A stretch of DNA of 63,200 bases, the filler included, from Choristocarpus tenellus KU-1152 (taxonomy: Eukaryota; Protista; Phaeophyceae), in the NCBI GenBank assembly GCA_964200185.2. It is 9 parts of 9 records of this genome, joined end to end, with 100 filler letters (N's around TTAATTAATTAA, not from the genome) between each part and the next. Parts side by side here need not be neighbours in the genome. Positions count along the whole stretch, not along the records: positions 38,713 to 49,491 come from CAXNAD020002714.1; positions 49,592 to 60,212 come from CAXNAD020002823.1; 7 more parts are not named here. One strand, written 5' to 3'. Both the position numbers and the translations under genes were made by a program. Below, one piece after another: positions 46,494 to 60,312 of the stretch (position 1 is its first letter; each line of letters begins with the position of its first letter). A model generated the notes under the pieces. That model was not told where the DNA came from, searched no databases, and saw nothing but the letters and a program-made list of their open reading frames with translations.

Positions 46494-48730
46494 CAGTGGG
46501 AATCTGGGTTGCAAAATTCTCCATCACAAACAAATATATATGTTTCCCCTCGTAAAGTGATAACATTCTACCCCCGGGCTGTAAGACCAGAGATTGATGT
46601 TTCCTCATAAGTAGCAGAATACGACTTTGTTCTGAGCGCCATCCAGTGATGGGAGGAAAGACAGGAAGTCTTGAGCAATTTTCATGACAGGCACTGGTCA
46701 AAAATCATTCGGTGGACTCCTCCAACTTGGGGACCAAGATACAAGGCTGTGAGGTTTTCCAGATATGTTGAGACCACGACAAACGCAGTCCATTCCCCTG
46801 GACATTATCACCAAACATATTTCTTTGGTTTAGGCTTCTCTCAGTCGGCCCCATTTGAAGATGCCAGAGTGTCTGCAGGGGACAGAGAGGTAGAAATAAT
46901 TGTGATTTCAACCTTCTGATGCAACAGTGATGGCTGGGTTAAACTTGAAGGTCCTACTGTAGAGTATGCTGGAGGAGACCATAGAGATCTCCTGCATTGT
47001 GCAAGATCCATATCTCAGAGATGCTCTGAGTTGAAGCAATTCCACCCTCTCTTCGTTTCATTGATTGTTGGCTGGTGATTATCGTGTAATAGATAGTCGG
47101 TACGAAGTCTAGGTTCAAGGAGGCGAACCACCCTCATTATCCCAAGGTCGATCTTCACCTTGTCTTAAAAAAACCTATCAATAGAAAACTTTGATGGATG
47201 AAGATGACTGTTTCCTCGTCTCCCCTTTGCCGCCTACTCTATATTATTTATTACCCGTATTACCCATTACCATCAGTAGACTCAGGTGTATTCACGGAGA
47301 TAAAAACATAAACGAGACTTTTGGGTCACTCCTGTATTTATAAAGAATGATTCTGGGGTTCCTACCTCCCACTACTTCAAAGAAAGCTAAAAATAGCCTG
47401 ATCCCCCGACTACCTCAGTGCACGATGCTAGATTGAGGTACTTTGTAGGGTCACCCAACTCATTATGGTACTTAATGATCGGTACCAGCGAAACGGTGCC
47501 CATTTCGCACTCCTGTTCCCGTCTGTCCACCAATCAACCAGTCTCTTGAAAGATCGCTCAACGAAGGATTCGTTCGAATCAAGGACTTTCGATTTTTGAA
47601 ATTAAGGAGTGTCTAAGATGGTCACTGAGTCATAGGACACAGACGTGTGAAACACCGTGGCGTGTGTGTAACTTAAATGGATACCCTCCTGTGTCTACAA
47701 CCCTAGCCTTCTCGCATCTCAATGTACCTTCCCTCATATGGGTGAGTAAAAAAACTCTCATGGTAGGGTTTGGATGGTGGGTTGCCATCACGATATCGAT
47801 CCGATTGCAACCTTCGATTCGAAGTTGGGGATGCGATTCGGGATGGTTTGTGCGTGCGTGTGTGTGTGTGTGTAGAAAGGAACGATCTCACCTGTCTATT
47901 GTCAGTGCATTACCTGTTTCAGGGACTACATAGATTAGATTCGTCTTCGTCAACGTTTGGACCAAGAGTCCCTAGAGTTACGCCGATAACGAAAACTTCC
48001 TCACCATCGATTGTAAGAAATGGTAACTTGAATGGTAACAGGTATATATTGACTAACATCACTGACAAAATTTCTCTGTCTTGTGTATACCTTTCTCGAT
48101 GACAACACCATTAAAAATGTTTGTAGGAAAAACAATAGAGAGAGGGCATAATAATACATAATGCATATATATACTTCATTTTTTACTTTATTGTATTCTT
48201 GTCAATTTTGAGAAAGAGGCAAAATCATGACAAGAACGTACGTACATATTCCGTACATTTCTTGTATTTCAAGTAGTATGTCCAAATCATTCAAATCAAT
48301 CAATGTGTGTGTATATTTCTACTATTGTTTTGTACTATGAAGTAGAATTAATGCCTTCAGTTGTCCATATTTCCGTGACCCTATATAAGGCGAGTCAGCC
48401 AATAAGGCGACCCCACAAAATTGTATTTTGAATTTCGTCCTGATAAGGCGTGTCTTGGGTTGTATTATATCCTGTTTATGTGGTCGCATAGGAATCCACT
48501 AATCTGTACCTCGTGTACTTTATTGATGCCATGAGCAGTGAAATACTGCCGCATTCCTACCATGACATTGGGAATACCACACTTCATGTATCAGAACGCA
48601 GGTTACCTCCATGGAGATTGTGGCACTAGTGTTGATCTGGGTGAGGACAATGAGATGAAGAGGTTATGCTGCAATTGTCACACTTCTGATGAGCATATTT
48701 CTGATCAGGAGAAGAGTGACGAGGGCAACA

Positions 48731-49166
48731 GAGCCAAACCAGTTGAGAGGTAGGCACGGTTGCATTTAAGGATCCCGAGAAACAGCAAAAAGACCCCATT
48801 CTGTACAATTACACAAACGGCCTTTGCTGAATTGTGGTGTCACTTTGTGATAGTAAACGAGAGGTACCCAGGTTCTGACTTTTTTGCATTTTATGCTACT
48901 TTTATAGTCTTTTGTTGTTCACCCTTGCTTCTGTGGACGAGAGTGTTCGTTTTTCTGTTGTTTAGAATTTTTTTTGACAAATTGAGGACTTATCAAATTT
49001 GTCAGCATCCTTATAATTCATCCCTGGATACCTCCTGTCTACTTTGACTCTTTGTGTACACTATTGTGCACATTTAGCAATGAAATAGGGTGTAAACCAC
49101 ACGATAAAATATGACCTAGAATACAGAAAGGGTCCAAACCTGCGTACCTCTCAAGTATTCTGGCTC
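48731..49166. mobile_element. MITE family C (~436 bp), TSD AACA
   Basis: Imperfect TIR GAGCCAAACCAGTTGAGAGGTA...TACCTCTCAAGTATTCTGGCTC; AACA on both sides; homologues at 60729-61759. Confidence 0.8.
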
Positions 49167-49491
49167 AACAGTGACAATGAACCCGTTGTTGTGTCAGTGA
49201 CTTCATCTCCTCGAACTAGAAATAGCCTTGTCACCAACAAGTTGCAGGTATCTGGCACGGGATCGAATTTGGGGGAAAGTTTTGAAGACACTGTTAGGGG
49301 CAGTGCATTGTTCAGCACGTTCAAGTGCAAAGGGAAGCGTAAGGAAAACATACCAGGTGGCACCGAGAAAAAAGGAGGGGACTATTTTTGGATAAAGAAG
49401 GTGAAGTGCTAGACTTGCTAGGTAGGCACAAAATGAACCTGTACGATTTAGGGAAGCGATATGACCCAAAATATCTGGGAGGAGGGGGGGG

Positions 49492-49591
49492 NNNNNNNNN
49501 NNNNNNNNNNNNNNNNNNNNNNNNNNNNNNNNNNNTTAATTAATTAANNNNNNNNNNNNNNNNNNNNNNNNNNNNNNNNNNNNNNNNNNNN
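49492..49591. other. Artificial contig linker
   Basis: N44-TTAATTAATTAA-N44. Confidence 0.98.
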
Positions 49592-49884
49592 CAAGATACT
49601 TTGACCCCCATCTATTATGTATCAGTATCTGTCTCATTGAGCTTGATTGATAATTACTCACTCTAGTCGCAATTAATCTTTCCCCAGGTACATCCTGTAG
49701 TGGGAGCATTCCCTGGGGATTTGTAGGTGTATCTCATCAGAGGGTGAGAAATCACCACCCAATGTATTATTCGACCTTCCATCGCTTGACGCTCCTATCA
49801 CAATTCACTATTACTGTGTGAGATCATTATAACCCATTGAATCAACCCCAAATTTCGTGTGCAACACCTGTGGTACATGCCCAG

Positions 49885-50534
49885 GCCCATGGTGGCTGCA
49901 GAACGAGGATATTCAGGACTACTACAGGTTGTGGTCTATGCCTGTGCATCGGTGGTTGAGCAGGTATGTGTACCTTCCAATAATCGAGGCAGTCAGTCGA
50001 TCTACGGCATTGGATGGCAGGAATGTGGACACCAAGGATAGTGATGGTAATGGATGCCGCAAGAGTGCCATAATCTCTACCACACCCAAAGGCACTACTG
50101 TGCCATTGATGCATAGCACTGCCTGGTTAAAGACAGGCAAGCCATCAGTGTTACTGCTAAATGTGGCCTCCTTTGCAACCTTCGTGGTCTCATCGGTTTT
50201 CCATGAGGCTACAACTTTTGTGGGCATGCAGCAAACTTGTTGGCCATTCAGCTCTGTAATGCTCATTTTCGGCAACATCCTCATGCAGATGTGGGATAAA
50301 ATTTTCCCCCTACGGCAGACTGGTACTGGCACAGAAAGCAAGGATAGTGGCAGTGGGAGTAAGGACAAGAATTTTGATCAGGCATCCATGAAAATGAGGT
50401 TGAGAGAAGTTGGTCGTGGTCGGGCTGCGATGGTGACTTTCTGTGTTCTGGAAAAGCAAGGCTTACTTGTCTTTCAATACTTGGCGTGGCATTGGTGGGG
50501 GGCAGTGATGAGGAATTGTAATGTTCACAACTAG
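49885..50534 (+). CDS. Terminal exon of an MBOAT O-acyltransferase (DGAT1/sterol O-acyltransferase-like)
   Basis: GPWW...YYRLWSMPVHRWLSRYVYLP and FVVSSVFHE (catalytic His motif); cccag acceptor at 49884; TAG at 50532-50534. Confidence 0.85.
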
Positions 50535-53500
50535 TTGTGCTGATAACATACCAGTCTATGCTGTTAGCTTCTTAAAAGTAGATGCAGGTGTTAGGAGAAA
50601 GAAGGCTTAGAGTAGAAGAATTTGCGTCTCTCTGAGAGCATCTGATAGATATTATTAGAAGGAATAGAATGTTCGTTTCCTCTGAATCACCAAAATCCAT
50701 TTATGTATCAGTTTTCAACATTTTTCAAAAATGGTCCTGGGCATCGTTAAATACAGGTGGGTTTTAGCATGTGGTATGTAGGTTGAAGGCAATAATCTGG
50801 TTTGTGTGGGAGCCTCAGTATATAGACTGAGCTAGTCGCTTGCAGTAGGTTTACAAGGGTATAAGAAAGTGAAGGATGGTATGCCGGTATCTATCATGCT
50901 GCAAAATACTTTGATCATGAAGGCAGTATGACGAAATGTATCTGTACAGAGAGACAAAGAGCATTTTGTGTTGTCACAAAAAATGCTTGTACTATCAAAA
51001 TGAATGCTGCACGAGGATGAGCTCTCACAGGGTGGATGTGGACATTTTTTTTTGTGATTTGTATTTGGAACCCCAAAGTATCTTACTCACAGATGTCGGC
51101 TGCGAACAATTATATTTCGTAGTTCTCCTGTTCAGAATTGGTTCGGATATTTTTTCAGGGCAGTTTATAAATTCACAAGAATATTGTATCAGTAATTTAT
51201 CATCAATTTTTGTCAAGGTCTTGCAACATCAAAATGTTCTGAGGTTAAAACCTAAAATAATAGTCGAAATCTGACTTTATCTGTTTATGCTGATACCAAA
51301 AAATCTCAGCGAAAATCTGAACACACCTGAGAGCCACGCCTTTGGGTACCACCCTCCCTACTAAGGGGACGTGATTCCCCCACGTATCTCTGACTCTCTT
51401 ACGTGTAATAGGGGTGGTGGTTCCAGTGTTGGGTCTAATGTACATGGGACCATCTTGTGCATTTATAGCCTGCCCCACAAACTGATGTAACTCATGCTGA
51501 ACAGCGCAATTGTACTGATAATAAAATCGAATGCTCCATATCCTAAGGAATTTTCTCAACATGTCCGATGTATTCAAAGACCGTAATATCTAGCGAATAC
51601 ATCCAAATATCCGATATTGCTATATTCATACCCAGCACATGTCTAGACCAAGCTCAGCTTTTACATATTGCACACATGGCGTGTGTTGACACCTACTGGG
51701 GTGCATCAGGCAGTAAACATATTTCTACGTTAAGTGTCCTTGTGGAAAATACATGCAGCAAGCTTCTTTGGACTTGTCCCGTCATGCGCCATGCTTCGAC
51801 TGCAGCAAGTGCACTAACACATGGTGGGTTGAAAGCACTGCTATGTACGAGGTGGATGCGATTGGAGGGTAATTTAACTTGCCAAAATGGGATAATAGTG
51901 AAAGCAAGTCTGTGTAGTACATTATTGTTATGTCAAAAGCCTATCTATTCAATAGTACGGACAAATCACAACACCTGGATCTTGCACCTGAGTGAGGCGT
52001 CGAAGGAAGAGACCCCTCCCCTCTCCCCATATATTCATGAACAGAATTATTTCTCCATGCGCGCGTTCTGATCCCCTTACAGAACAACGGATGCTGTGCT
52101 AAAAAACCGGCAAGACTGGACGCCTGCTCCTGAATTACTGTCCCCATCTGATAAATCGAACATAAACACACCATTGACTCACTGATCCCACACAAACTGA
52201 GGTTACTAGGCACCACTAACCTCACGATGAACTTGGAAAGGCTAAACGTAGTATGAGTGCCTCCAAGGGGGGGTTAGAGGTTGACATGTTGGAGCTGTAA
52301 CCTGGAAGGTTGATGGTCACTTATCGAAAGGGTAGGAAAGCCATAGGAAAACGGAATGGATGAACTCTGATCTGGTGGAGGTGGGAGGGTAGTTCCATAC
52401 GTCCAGTGAGCGAAAGTAAACGAGAGGTACTCAGTTTTTTGGGCGTTTTACAATTTAAGTAAGTTCTTCGATCTTTTCCAATTCATCCATATTTCTATGG
52501 ATCAACTCTATGGATTAAACGGTAAGTTTGATTTTAAAGGGTTTATTTGTCTGCTGCTTGAAAGTTTTGGACACAATTCGGAAAAAACCCTGGACACTTT
52601 TGTAAAAAAAAGTCGAATTATTTTGCACATATTTGCTAGCATCCTTAAAATGCGACTCTGGGTACCTCTCGCTTACTCTCACTCAGTCATGCCTACGCAC
52701 AGTGGTGGTTCATGCACGCCTTCACAGTGAATGCGCTTCAGTAGTTACGGGCAGTATGGCTCTTGGCACTCAGCTCGAGAAAATAGCACCGATTCCGAAA
52801 GGGAAAGGGACAAGCCGTGCCAACCTCACCATAAAGTCAAGATCGCGCATTTTTCGGTGTTGGTTAGTGGCATGTGTGTTGTTATTTGTTACCGGATGTT
52901 GTTGAGAGAAGGAACCTGCCTTGCATGGCTACTTCCTATCTGTAGCTGGCTCTACTGCCATCCACATGTGCACGCAAGTGCTCTGATCTAATTTACTGTG
53001 CTACTAATCGCTGCATATTCTGTTGCTCTTGATTCAATCTTGAACATTTCTTGCATGTTGGGGGTAATGATCCGCAGACTCTTCTGTTGTTGTGGGAAAT
53101 GAAGTGATTGGAATTCCTTGTTGCCATTGATGTTCTGAGGCAATTCCAATGTGCTATCTGCATGCATTAAATTGCATATAAGCTGTACTCAGTTTATGGG
53201 TATTATGTTTGTATTTCCAACAATGCTTTGCCAACCCATGTGTAATGAGGTATCTGTGGTGTTGGACAGCAGAGGCGCTTGAGCAGCAGTGGCATGTGCA
53301 TTTTTGTGTTTCACAGGTGTTCGTTTCAGTAATATACTAGAAGCTATAACGTAGTACTTTGGAGTGGTGTAAAATGTTCGCACCATTTCAGAGGATTACC
53401 AAGAACGAAAAAAGATCCTACAATACTTGTCTGACTTAATAATGGCTTGCTTGGAGTTCGACCCAATCCGTCATCGATGCTTGAGCTATCTCAAGGGCCT

Positions 53501-54587
53501 TCACATATATGATCAGAAAGGTATCTATCAAGTTTGAGGCATAGCCAACATGGATAGCCGATGGAATAACCTATGTGTCACATGGATTCCGTAGGATATC
53601 TCATCCAATATCCTCCCTACCTCTTCAATCTTGTGCTTGAAGTACTTGACTTGTTGTATCACCCGAACAAAATTTTACCTTGACTCCCAGCTTTATTGGG
53701 ATGCTCATAGTTGAAGTCGCCAGAGCTCTGACCGTGGGTAGTATACCCTACAAGATGCAAGGACAATCCTTGATGATCAATACTGATGTCTTACCTGTCT
53801 CCTACCTGCGCCCCTCATAGAGTGTACACTGTGTAATTTTCTTCAATCGGTGCAACTGCTACAATGTTCAAGTTGATATTATACTGGAGTACCAAAAGAA
53901 CTGCTTGTACACAAATATCAGTAAATTGATGTCACGGGAGCTAGAAAAAATTATGGATAGGTTGAATTTCGCCTCCAAATTACTTCATTAATGAGGAACA
54001 GTGTTCGGCATGATCATTCCACAAGTATACAATTAGTCACAGCATAAATTGAACTCTCGGGTTTCACCATGTGAGTAGTAAAACATTGCAATCCTTTGAT
54101 AAAACGTTATTAACAATATGATGCTTCAAGGCATATAAATGGGAAGAGAAAGGAGCATATTTATCAATACCGACTATGTATGGTGACAATGTCCAGAGTA
54201 CAAAGGATGATGGACATTTTACCCCTACCTGGTAATTCCAATTAATTTGCCCCTGTCAATGTGTTTAAGTAAATGGATATCACAGGGCTTCTCAAACAAG
54301 TCTGCCAGTTGATTAGAGTACTTTTTTAGTTAGTTGTGGTGCTTCCACAACCTGTGGATTCTCCACTGGCAATCAGCCCAGTGCCCCCTCCAAGTCGACA
54401 TCTCGCTCAATGTTCCAGAGCATTCTTGAGTTGTCCAAAACACTCTGGAGTGCATTGGATATAGAGCAACTAAGAAGCGAGTAGGAGATCTACCACATAC
54501 AAGTGTAGTATGTGTAGTCAAGAGCATATCTAACCTCATTGATCTCGCTAAAGCAACATGTTACATAGAATAATGCATCGAACAGGT

Positions 54588-57500
54588 TCAACCCAACAAT
54601 TCCTCGTTATACCCTTCTTGACTATCATTTGCTGCTGCCGATGCTGCTTTTCGTCGCATCATCCCAGGCTCATCTGTGCCCCACATAATATCCAAGGCTT
54701 TCCCCCCTAGGATTTGCACACCTCGATGCTTGCTGTGGAGGAACATAGCCTACCAATCGAGTGATTCAGATGTGAGGGGAAGAAGAGCCATGAGTGATTG
54801 GGCAATCAAGTTTGGACTAGCTTGGATAGTTGAAGGCATCACTCATGAGTTGCATAGGACTAGAATCTGATGCTGTTTGCCTAGAACTGGGTCTTAATAA
54901 ATGACTATTTTGTTCTCGAACAAGTTTCTCCTGTGACAAAAACGGTTGCACTGATGATTCTGGTCACTATATATGACATGCCCCAATACAGCTGTATCAA
55001 GGGGTCAGGCTCTTGTCGGGATTGAGAGGGTAGTGGAGGTTGTCAGACGACCGCATCCTATCGGTTTCATGTCATCAGTGGGATAATCCATTTGTCTACA
55101 TGCAGATTTTCGAGTTGTACTCTCTGTTGTACCCCTCATTACCATTACCACAATGCTTATACTTTGAAACGTCTATCATTGGAACAATAATCTTGGCATG
55201 GTGTACATGATTTGACAAACACATTTCATTTTCCCCCCAGAGTATTAGCAAGAATGCTCTGTTGTCATTTGATGCAGCTTGTACCTTTCCAAGGGGAACC
55301 ATCTCAGAAAAAAGCCCGGTGTGATCAAAATCCGAACTTTGCCACCGATCTTTTTTTTTTACAGGTGAACAAAAATACTCTTAAGAGAATCGAAGTGGCG
55401 GTAAGGGGTGCAGTCATGAATGCCTTCCTTTGCTACACCTTGTGGACAACCTCATGGACCTTCTCCACGAAGAAAGCTATTTGCACAACGGAGCTTGTCT
55501 CACTCATGAAGTTTACCAATCGACATGCTTGTTCCACAACTGCTGTATGGCGAACATTGGCACGAAGGGATCTCCACAAGGTAAGGTAAGTGGAAGAGGG
55601 TGTGAGAGGGGTAGAGGTTGTTAGGGGAAATAAGTTAGCTAGTGCAGATGAACTCATAGTTGTTGTGTGGGTGTGGGTCTTGAGAGGCTACCTACCTCCA
55701 GGGATTCCTTGGAGTGATCCTGGAGTAATCCGTTGGAACTAAATATGTGTCACTCCACCAGAAACAACAAACTAGTAAGTATTGCTTGGGATTCAACATA
55801 TCCTAAGACAAAAATAATAAGATTGAAATCATGCCTTGGACCACAGTTAACCTATTCTCTATCAATCGGACTTCCAGACCAACATACAATTCTGTTGAAA
55901 AATGAGTTTTCTAGACATAACATTAATACACCAATATGGGTTATATGGCAGGTGCCAGGCGAGAGGGCACGATCGTTAGCCCTCTGTTGCCTGCTGTAGT
56001 ATTTCAATACCTGAGCTCAATAACTTTGGGCGGGAATTTCTGTGAAAGTATCCTAGAGGGTACGGGTTTTGCCCTGTTTGTACGTTTGGGGCTTGGCTTC
56101 CAACGTTTTTTTAAATGGCATTTTCGTACTCTGAAATGTTCCAGAGCAGGCAAAATGTGTATGTTTCGGAGTTGGTATCATGTGTTTGTATGGAACAAGG
56201 ATATTGATACTTCCTAACAACACAATAACCAAAATTATAAAAAAATCGCAACATTGGATTTTGATCCCCAAACGGACGCGTCTGTACCCTCTAAGATATT
56301 TTGACTCTTGGCTCAAAGTATCTGGAGGGGGGGTGGCGACTGTCCTTTCAGGGCCCCTTTTTCCATGTTGTAATTTTTGGGGGATATTGGTTGCATGCAT
56401 TGGATGGATGATGTAAGTGCACATGTCCTGGTCAGAGCCCGAATGGACATTCTGGTGTAGACCCCCTCCCCACCCTCCCCAGACACTCTGAGCCAATGCA
56501 CTTACTTCTAGAGAGGGATTACGTGTTGTACATTTATCAAGATCAAGGTCATGGTTGGTTTGTGTTTCGGACCATCTTCACATACCGCGTCCCAAGATAC
56601 CTACCATTCTTCATTACCAAGTAAAGTAACTTTAAGCAGTAAGGGTGATTAAGAGCTGTGGGAAAAGGGAAAGGTGGTGATCAACTGCAATTGCATCACC
56701 TGTGTAAGATTTGGCATCCATTCCTAAATTTGAAGAGCTGTGCTGTCCTGATATCAAGACTTTGGAGCTCAGAAAGGCATACAAAGCAAATCCAGTTGAG
56801 TGGTGCGACAGAAGGGTGCCTATCCAAGGCCTGAGCACTTATGGCGACCAGATGTTCCAGCATATTTCCATCAGTAAGGATGGCATCTGTTACCTTAGGG
56901 TCTCCAAGGGCAGCCCGCTGCAGCATAACATGTACCACCTATTTTGGAGGCGTGGCTGGTTGTAAAAAAATGGGCAATGGTCTGGAGAAAGATGTTATTG
57001 TGCACTACCAATGTATGCGTAGGAGGGGACAATACAATTCTTGTTCTTTGCCCAAGCGTCCGAAATCTACAACGTTTCAACAGTATATCTACATGTTAGA
57101 CACATAAAATAGTGAGGAAGGAAAGATGCAGCTTTGCAATTAGGCAGATCTAGAGCTCTATAATTAGGTCAGGCTACAATTGTAGATCCATTACGAGGCT
57201 AGAGTAGTTGCCATGAACATCGCCACTCCCCCATTACGAGGATACTTTGTTGTATAGAAAAATATTTCAAACTACCCAGTAACTTGAGACATGGGAACTA
57301 GAACAGGGGTCGGTTGGGTAGTGCTGCATGGTACTGGGTGTACCTGCCAGCCAGCTTGGAGCAGGACGGGATCATGAATATGGTGATCAAATGACCCTAT
57401 CAATACGTTCATCCCCTGTGGAAGAAGGATGGAATAGGTGTCGAGCACAAGCACACAGCGATGGTTTTTTGCCATTTGCCGTGGGTTGAGGGAAAGTGGG

Positions 57501-59815
57501 GTTGCCCTTCAGTAGGAATCTTACTTCTATTTTGATTCATTCTGTACAGGAGTCATTGTTGCCTACATACTACGCGGTCCATTGGTCCATTTGCACACTT
57601 GTAACGGTGAAGAGAGGGGATTTACGCGAGAGAGAAATGTACTGTGACACTTGAACCACTGCCAACTCATATTCAAATTAGATGCTGTGCATATGCAGAA
57701 TCAGTTGCTGTTGTTGCCAGCAGAGGTTGCCCGGCTCAATATTCTAGTTCCTTCAAAGGGGGAGTCAATAATATGAGAATTCCTGCAATCATACTGTTTG
57801 CAATTCCCATCATTCTGTGGTATCCACACCAATCAGTATTTATGACCAACCCACACTCAGCCTTGACACATCAATGTACGTGGTAGTGTAGAGCAGTCAA
57901 TCGATGTTGTACTCCACCTTCATTCTTATGTCCGCACCACCCTTATACCCAAAACCTTCGACACCTTCAAAGCTACTTGTTCCTCCCACCTCCCACCTTG
58001 CCCTCACAGAAGCTTAGAGCTTCCGCTGAGTCGGTGATGGGGTCAACAGAATCAGAGAGAAGCACTCTGACAAGATGCATAGCAGTTGCGGCCAGGTGAG
58101 CAGACCATGAGCGACTCACGATCTTCCCTGACTCCTCACAGCTGTGGTCCTTCACAATGTCAAGAGCAAAGGATATACCTGTGTTCAACTCACTGTGCAC
58201 TGCATCCCGCACAGGTTTCTTCCCAACATTGACTATTGAGCTAAGGGCAGTCAATGCTGCAGCAAGAAGCACCTCATTGCGAGGATGTCTGTGGCACAGA
58301 TTCAAGGGGATCACGAGGGCTTAGTGAACTACAACCACAAGATTTTTTAGAATGACTTCAGAGGGATCATACTTGGAAATGTGGCATGTGTCAAATACTT
58401 TGAAATGACGTTGGTTGGTTCCACTCTTGTGTTACTCATCTGAACTATTTCAGGACACGGGCTGGACATTACGGAAGAAAACTTGTTGGGGTTTTAGGGA
58501 TCTAACCCACTGAATCCTAGGGGGGGGGTCAGGTTTCCATTCGGAGCCTGTGTGACCCTGTAGCGATTTCCATGCCAGATAGATGAACGTGTTAGATGTA
58601 GGGGCAATTTTCTTCATACGAACGTACCTTCCTTTTGCATCCCCTTGCCTTACCAAATTTGAAAGAAAATCACCTGCAGAACGGCCTTCAAATTGAGGTA
58701 TCTTACAACACCTCACCAATCCCTGAATGGACACCCTGGGCTAAATTTTCCTCCCTCTAGGACACTATCGCCCGTCTCGGGAAATAAATTATAACTGAGG
58801 GTAGGGTTCCAAACAGATTGAGACATATCACAGGACGTAGTCATTCATTCGTTCATCACCGTTCCGTCCAGATGAAGTAAGAGCAGAGCCTGTGAATGCT
58901 ACCTGCATTGAATAAATCACAAAAGAGGTTCCCTTCCCCATACCCCCCACCTGTGATCTACGTGCTGAGAAAAACAGCCTGGATCAAACAATTGAACATC
59001 AGAGCCAAAGTATCTTAGAGGGTAGAGCTGCGTACATTTGGGGACCAAAATCCCATGTTTCGATTTTAATGTAATTTTGGCTATCGTGATTGTTAGGAAG
59101 TGTTAATATCCATGTTCCGGACACACCTCTTCATAACATACACACTCTACCCTAACCCTAAACATTTCGGAGTAGAAAAATGCCATAATAGAACACATGG
59201 GAAGCCAAACCCCAAATGGACAAACAGGGAAAAACTCGTACCCTCTAAGATAGGTTTACTCTCAGTTAGCAAGGACATGCCACCCCTTGGCTTAACTGCA
59301 CAAATATACCCTTATCTGATCGCACAAAACCTGTATTTTTGAACCTCAGGACTAGAGTACTTGGGTACCAACCATACAAGAAGATGTGCTGCGAATACTA
59401 ATGGCACTGAGTGAGACCCACCAGATAATGTGTTTATAGGTCGAATCATCAACATGTTTCCTTGGTGGGGGCTTGTGGTCATCTGTGCCACTACTCTCTT
59501 ATAGTACTTCTCCCTTTAACATGAGAGATCCCTAGAAAACAATAGACATCTTTTCAACTCTAACAGTTCTCTATCAATATGTGAATGTGAAGGTGTGGTG
59601 GACTTCATCTGGTCTCCACTGTGGTACCTGTGCATTGCCTGTACCACTACTGTGTGTGCCCCATATCCGAACATCTCCTCCTGGATTTCATTGAGGTGTA
59701 GTGTGGAGTACATTGCCGAGAAAGCCTCACAACCTTGAACCTGCAAGTTGGGTTCATCCAAGTGATTTCTCATGATGTTGCACACAATCCCCATGACCCC
59801 GAAGGAGATGAAGGC
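54588..59815 (-). CDS. ARM-like repeat protein, 5'-partial; exons ~59815-59628, 58288-57997, 57415-57344, 56938-56700, 55571-55439, 54749-54588
   Basis: All five joins are phase-consistent and build recurring units: IMRNHLDEPNLQVQGCEAF, AMHR|HPRNEVLLAAALTAL, SFDHHIHDPVLLQAGWQ|VV, ALDRHPSVAPLNWICF, R|SLRANVRHTAVVEQACRLV, K|AMFLHSKHRGVQILGGKAL. Confidence 0.75.
56040..56307. mobile_element. MITE family A, intronic
   Basis: TIRs and internal homology. Confidence 0.88.
56310..56494. mobile_element. MITE family B abutting the family A copy
   Basis: Reverse-orientation homologue of 40104-40278. Confidence 0.8.
59002..59261. mobile_element. MITE family A, apparent 3-bp TSD TCA
   Basis: TIRs; TCA on both sides. 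Confidence 0.88.
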
Positions 59816-60212
59816 CTTGACAAATTCTCCATGGAACCAAAACATGCGTGGGGAAAATTTTGGAGAGGAGCATTATGAAGAGATGCTTGTGACTGAGCTT
59901 TTCAGACTATTTTTGAATCTGTTCACTTTGCAATAAATGTTGCTATGCACTGGGGAACCACCACTGCTGGAGGAACCACCCACCTATTAAGGGAGTCAGA
60001 GATACGTGCAGGAATCGCATGGTGAATGTGCATGTTGAAGTGCCCTAACTTGCACCTGACATCCTTCACTTCGTGCACCAAAACAAAAAATCTGTCAGTC
60101 AATGTGCCTTAAAAATAGATGGAAAAAATGGAGGGGGTGGCTCTCATACCCCCCCCCCCCCTATTAAGGGAACCGGCTCCATTTTTTCCATCTATTTTTT
60201 GGCACCTTGCCC

Positions 60213-60312
60213 NNNNNNNNNNNNNNNNNNNNNNNNNNNNNNNNNNNNNNNNNNNNTTAATTAATTAANNNNNNNNNNNNNNNNNNNNNNNNNNNNNNNN
60301 NNNNNNNNNNNN
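60213..60312. other. Artificial contig linker
   Basis: N44-TTAATTAATTAA-N44. Confidence 0.98.

Noticed and set aside
51245-51577. Autonomous Sola2 transposase relic (FYYQYNCAVQHE loosely like DFxENY...Q.E)
   Set aside because: The similarity is too weak, the catalytic Asp is absent and no other motif lies in register.
55365-55580. Plus-strand exon with good-looking acceptor and donor
   Set aside because: The minus strand here supplies an ARM-like exon needed for phase continuity of the 54.6-59.8 kb gene; the plus frame has no supporting partner exons.
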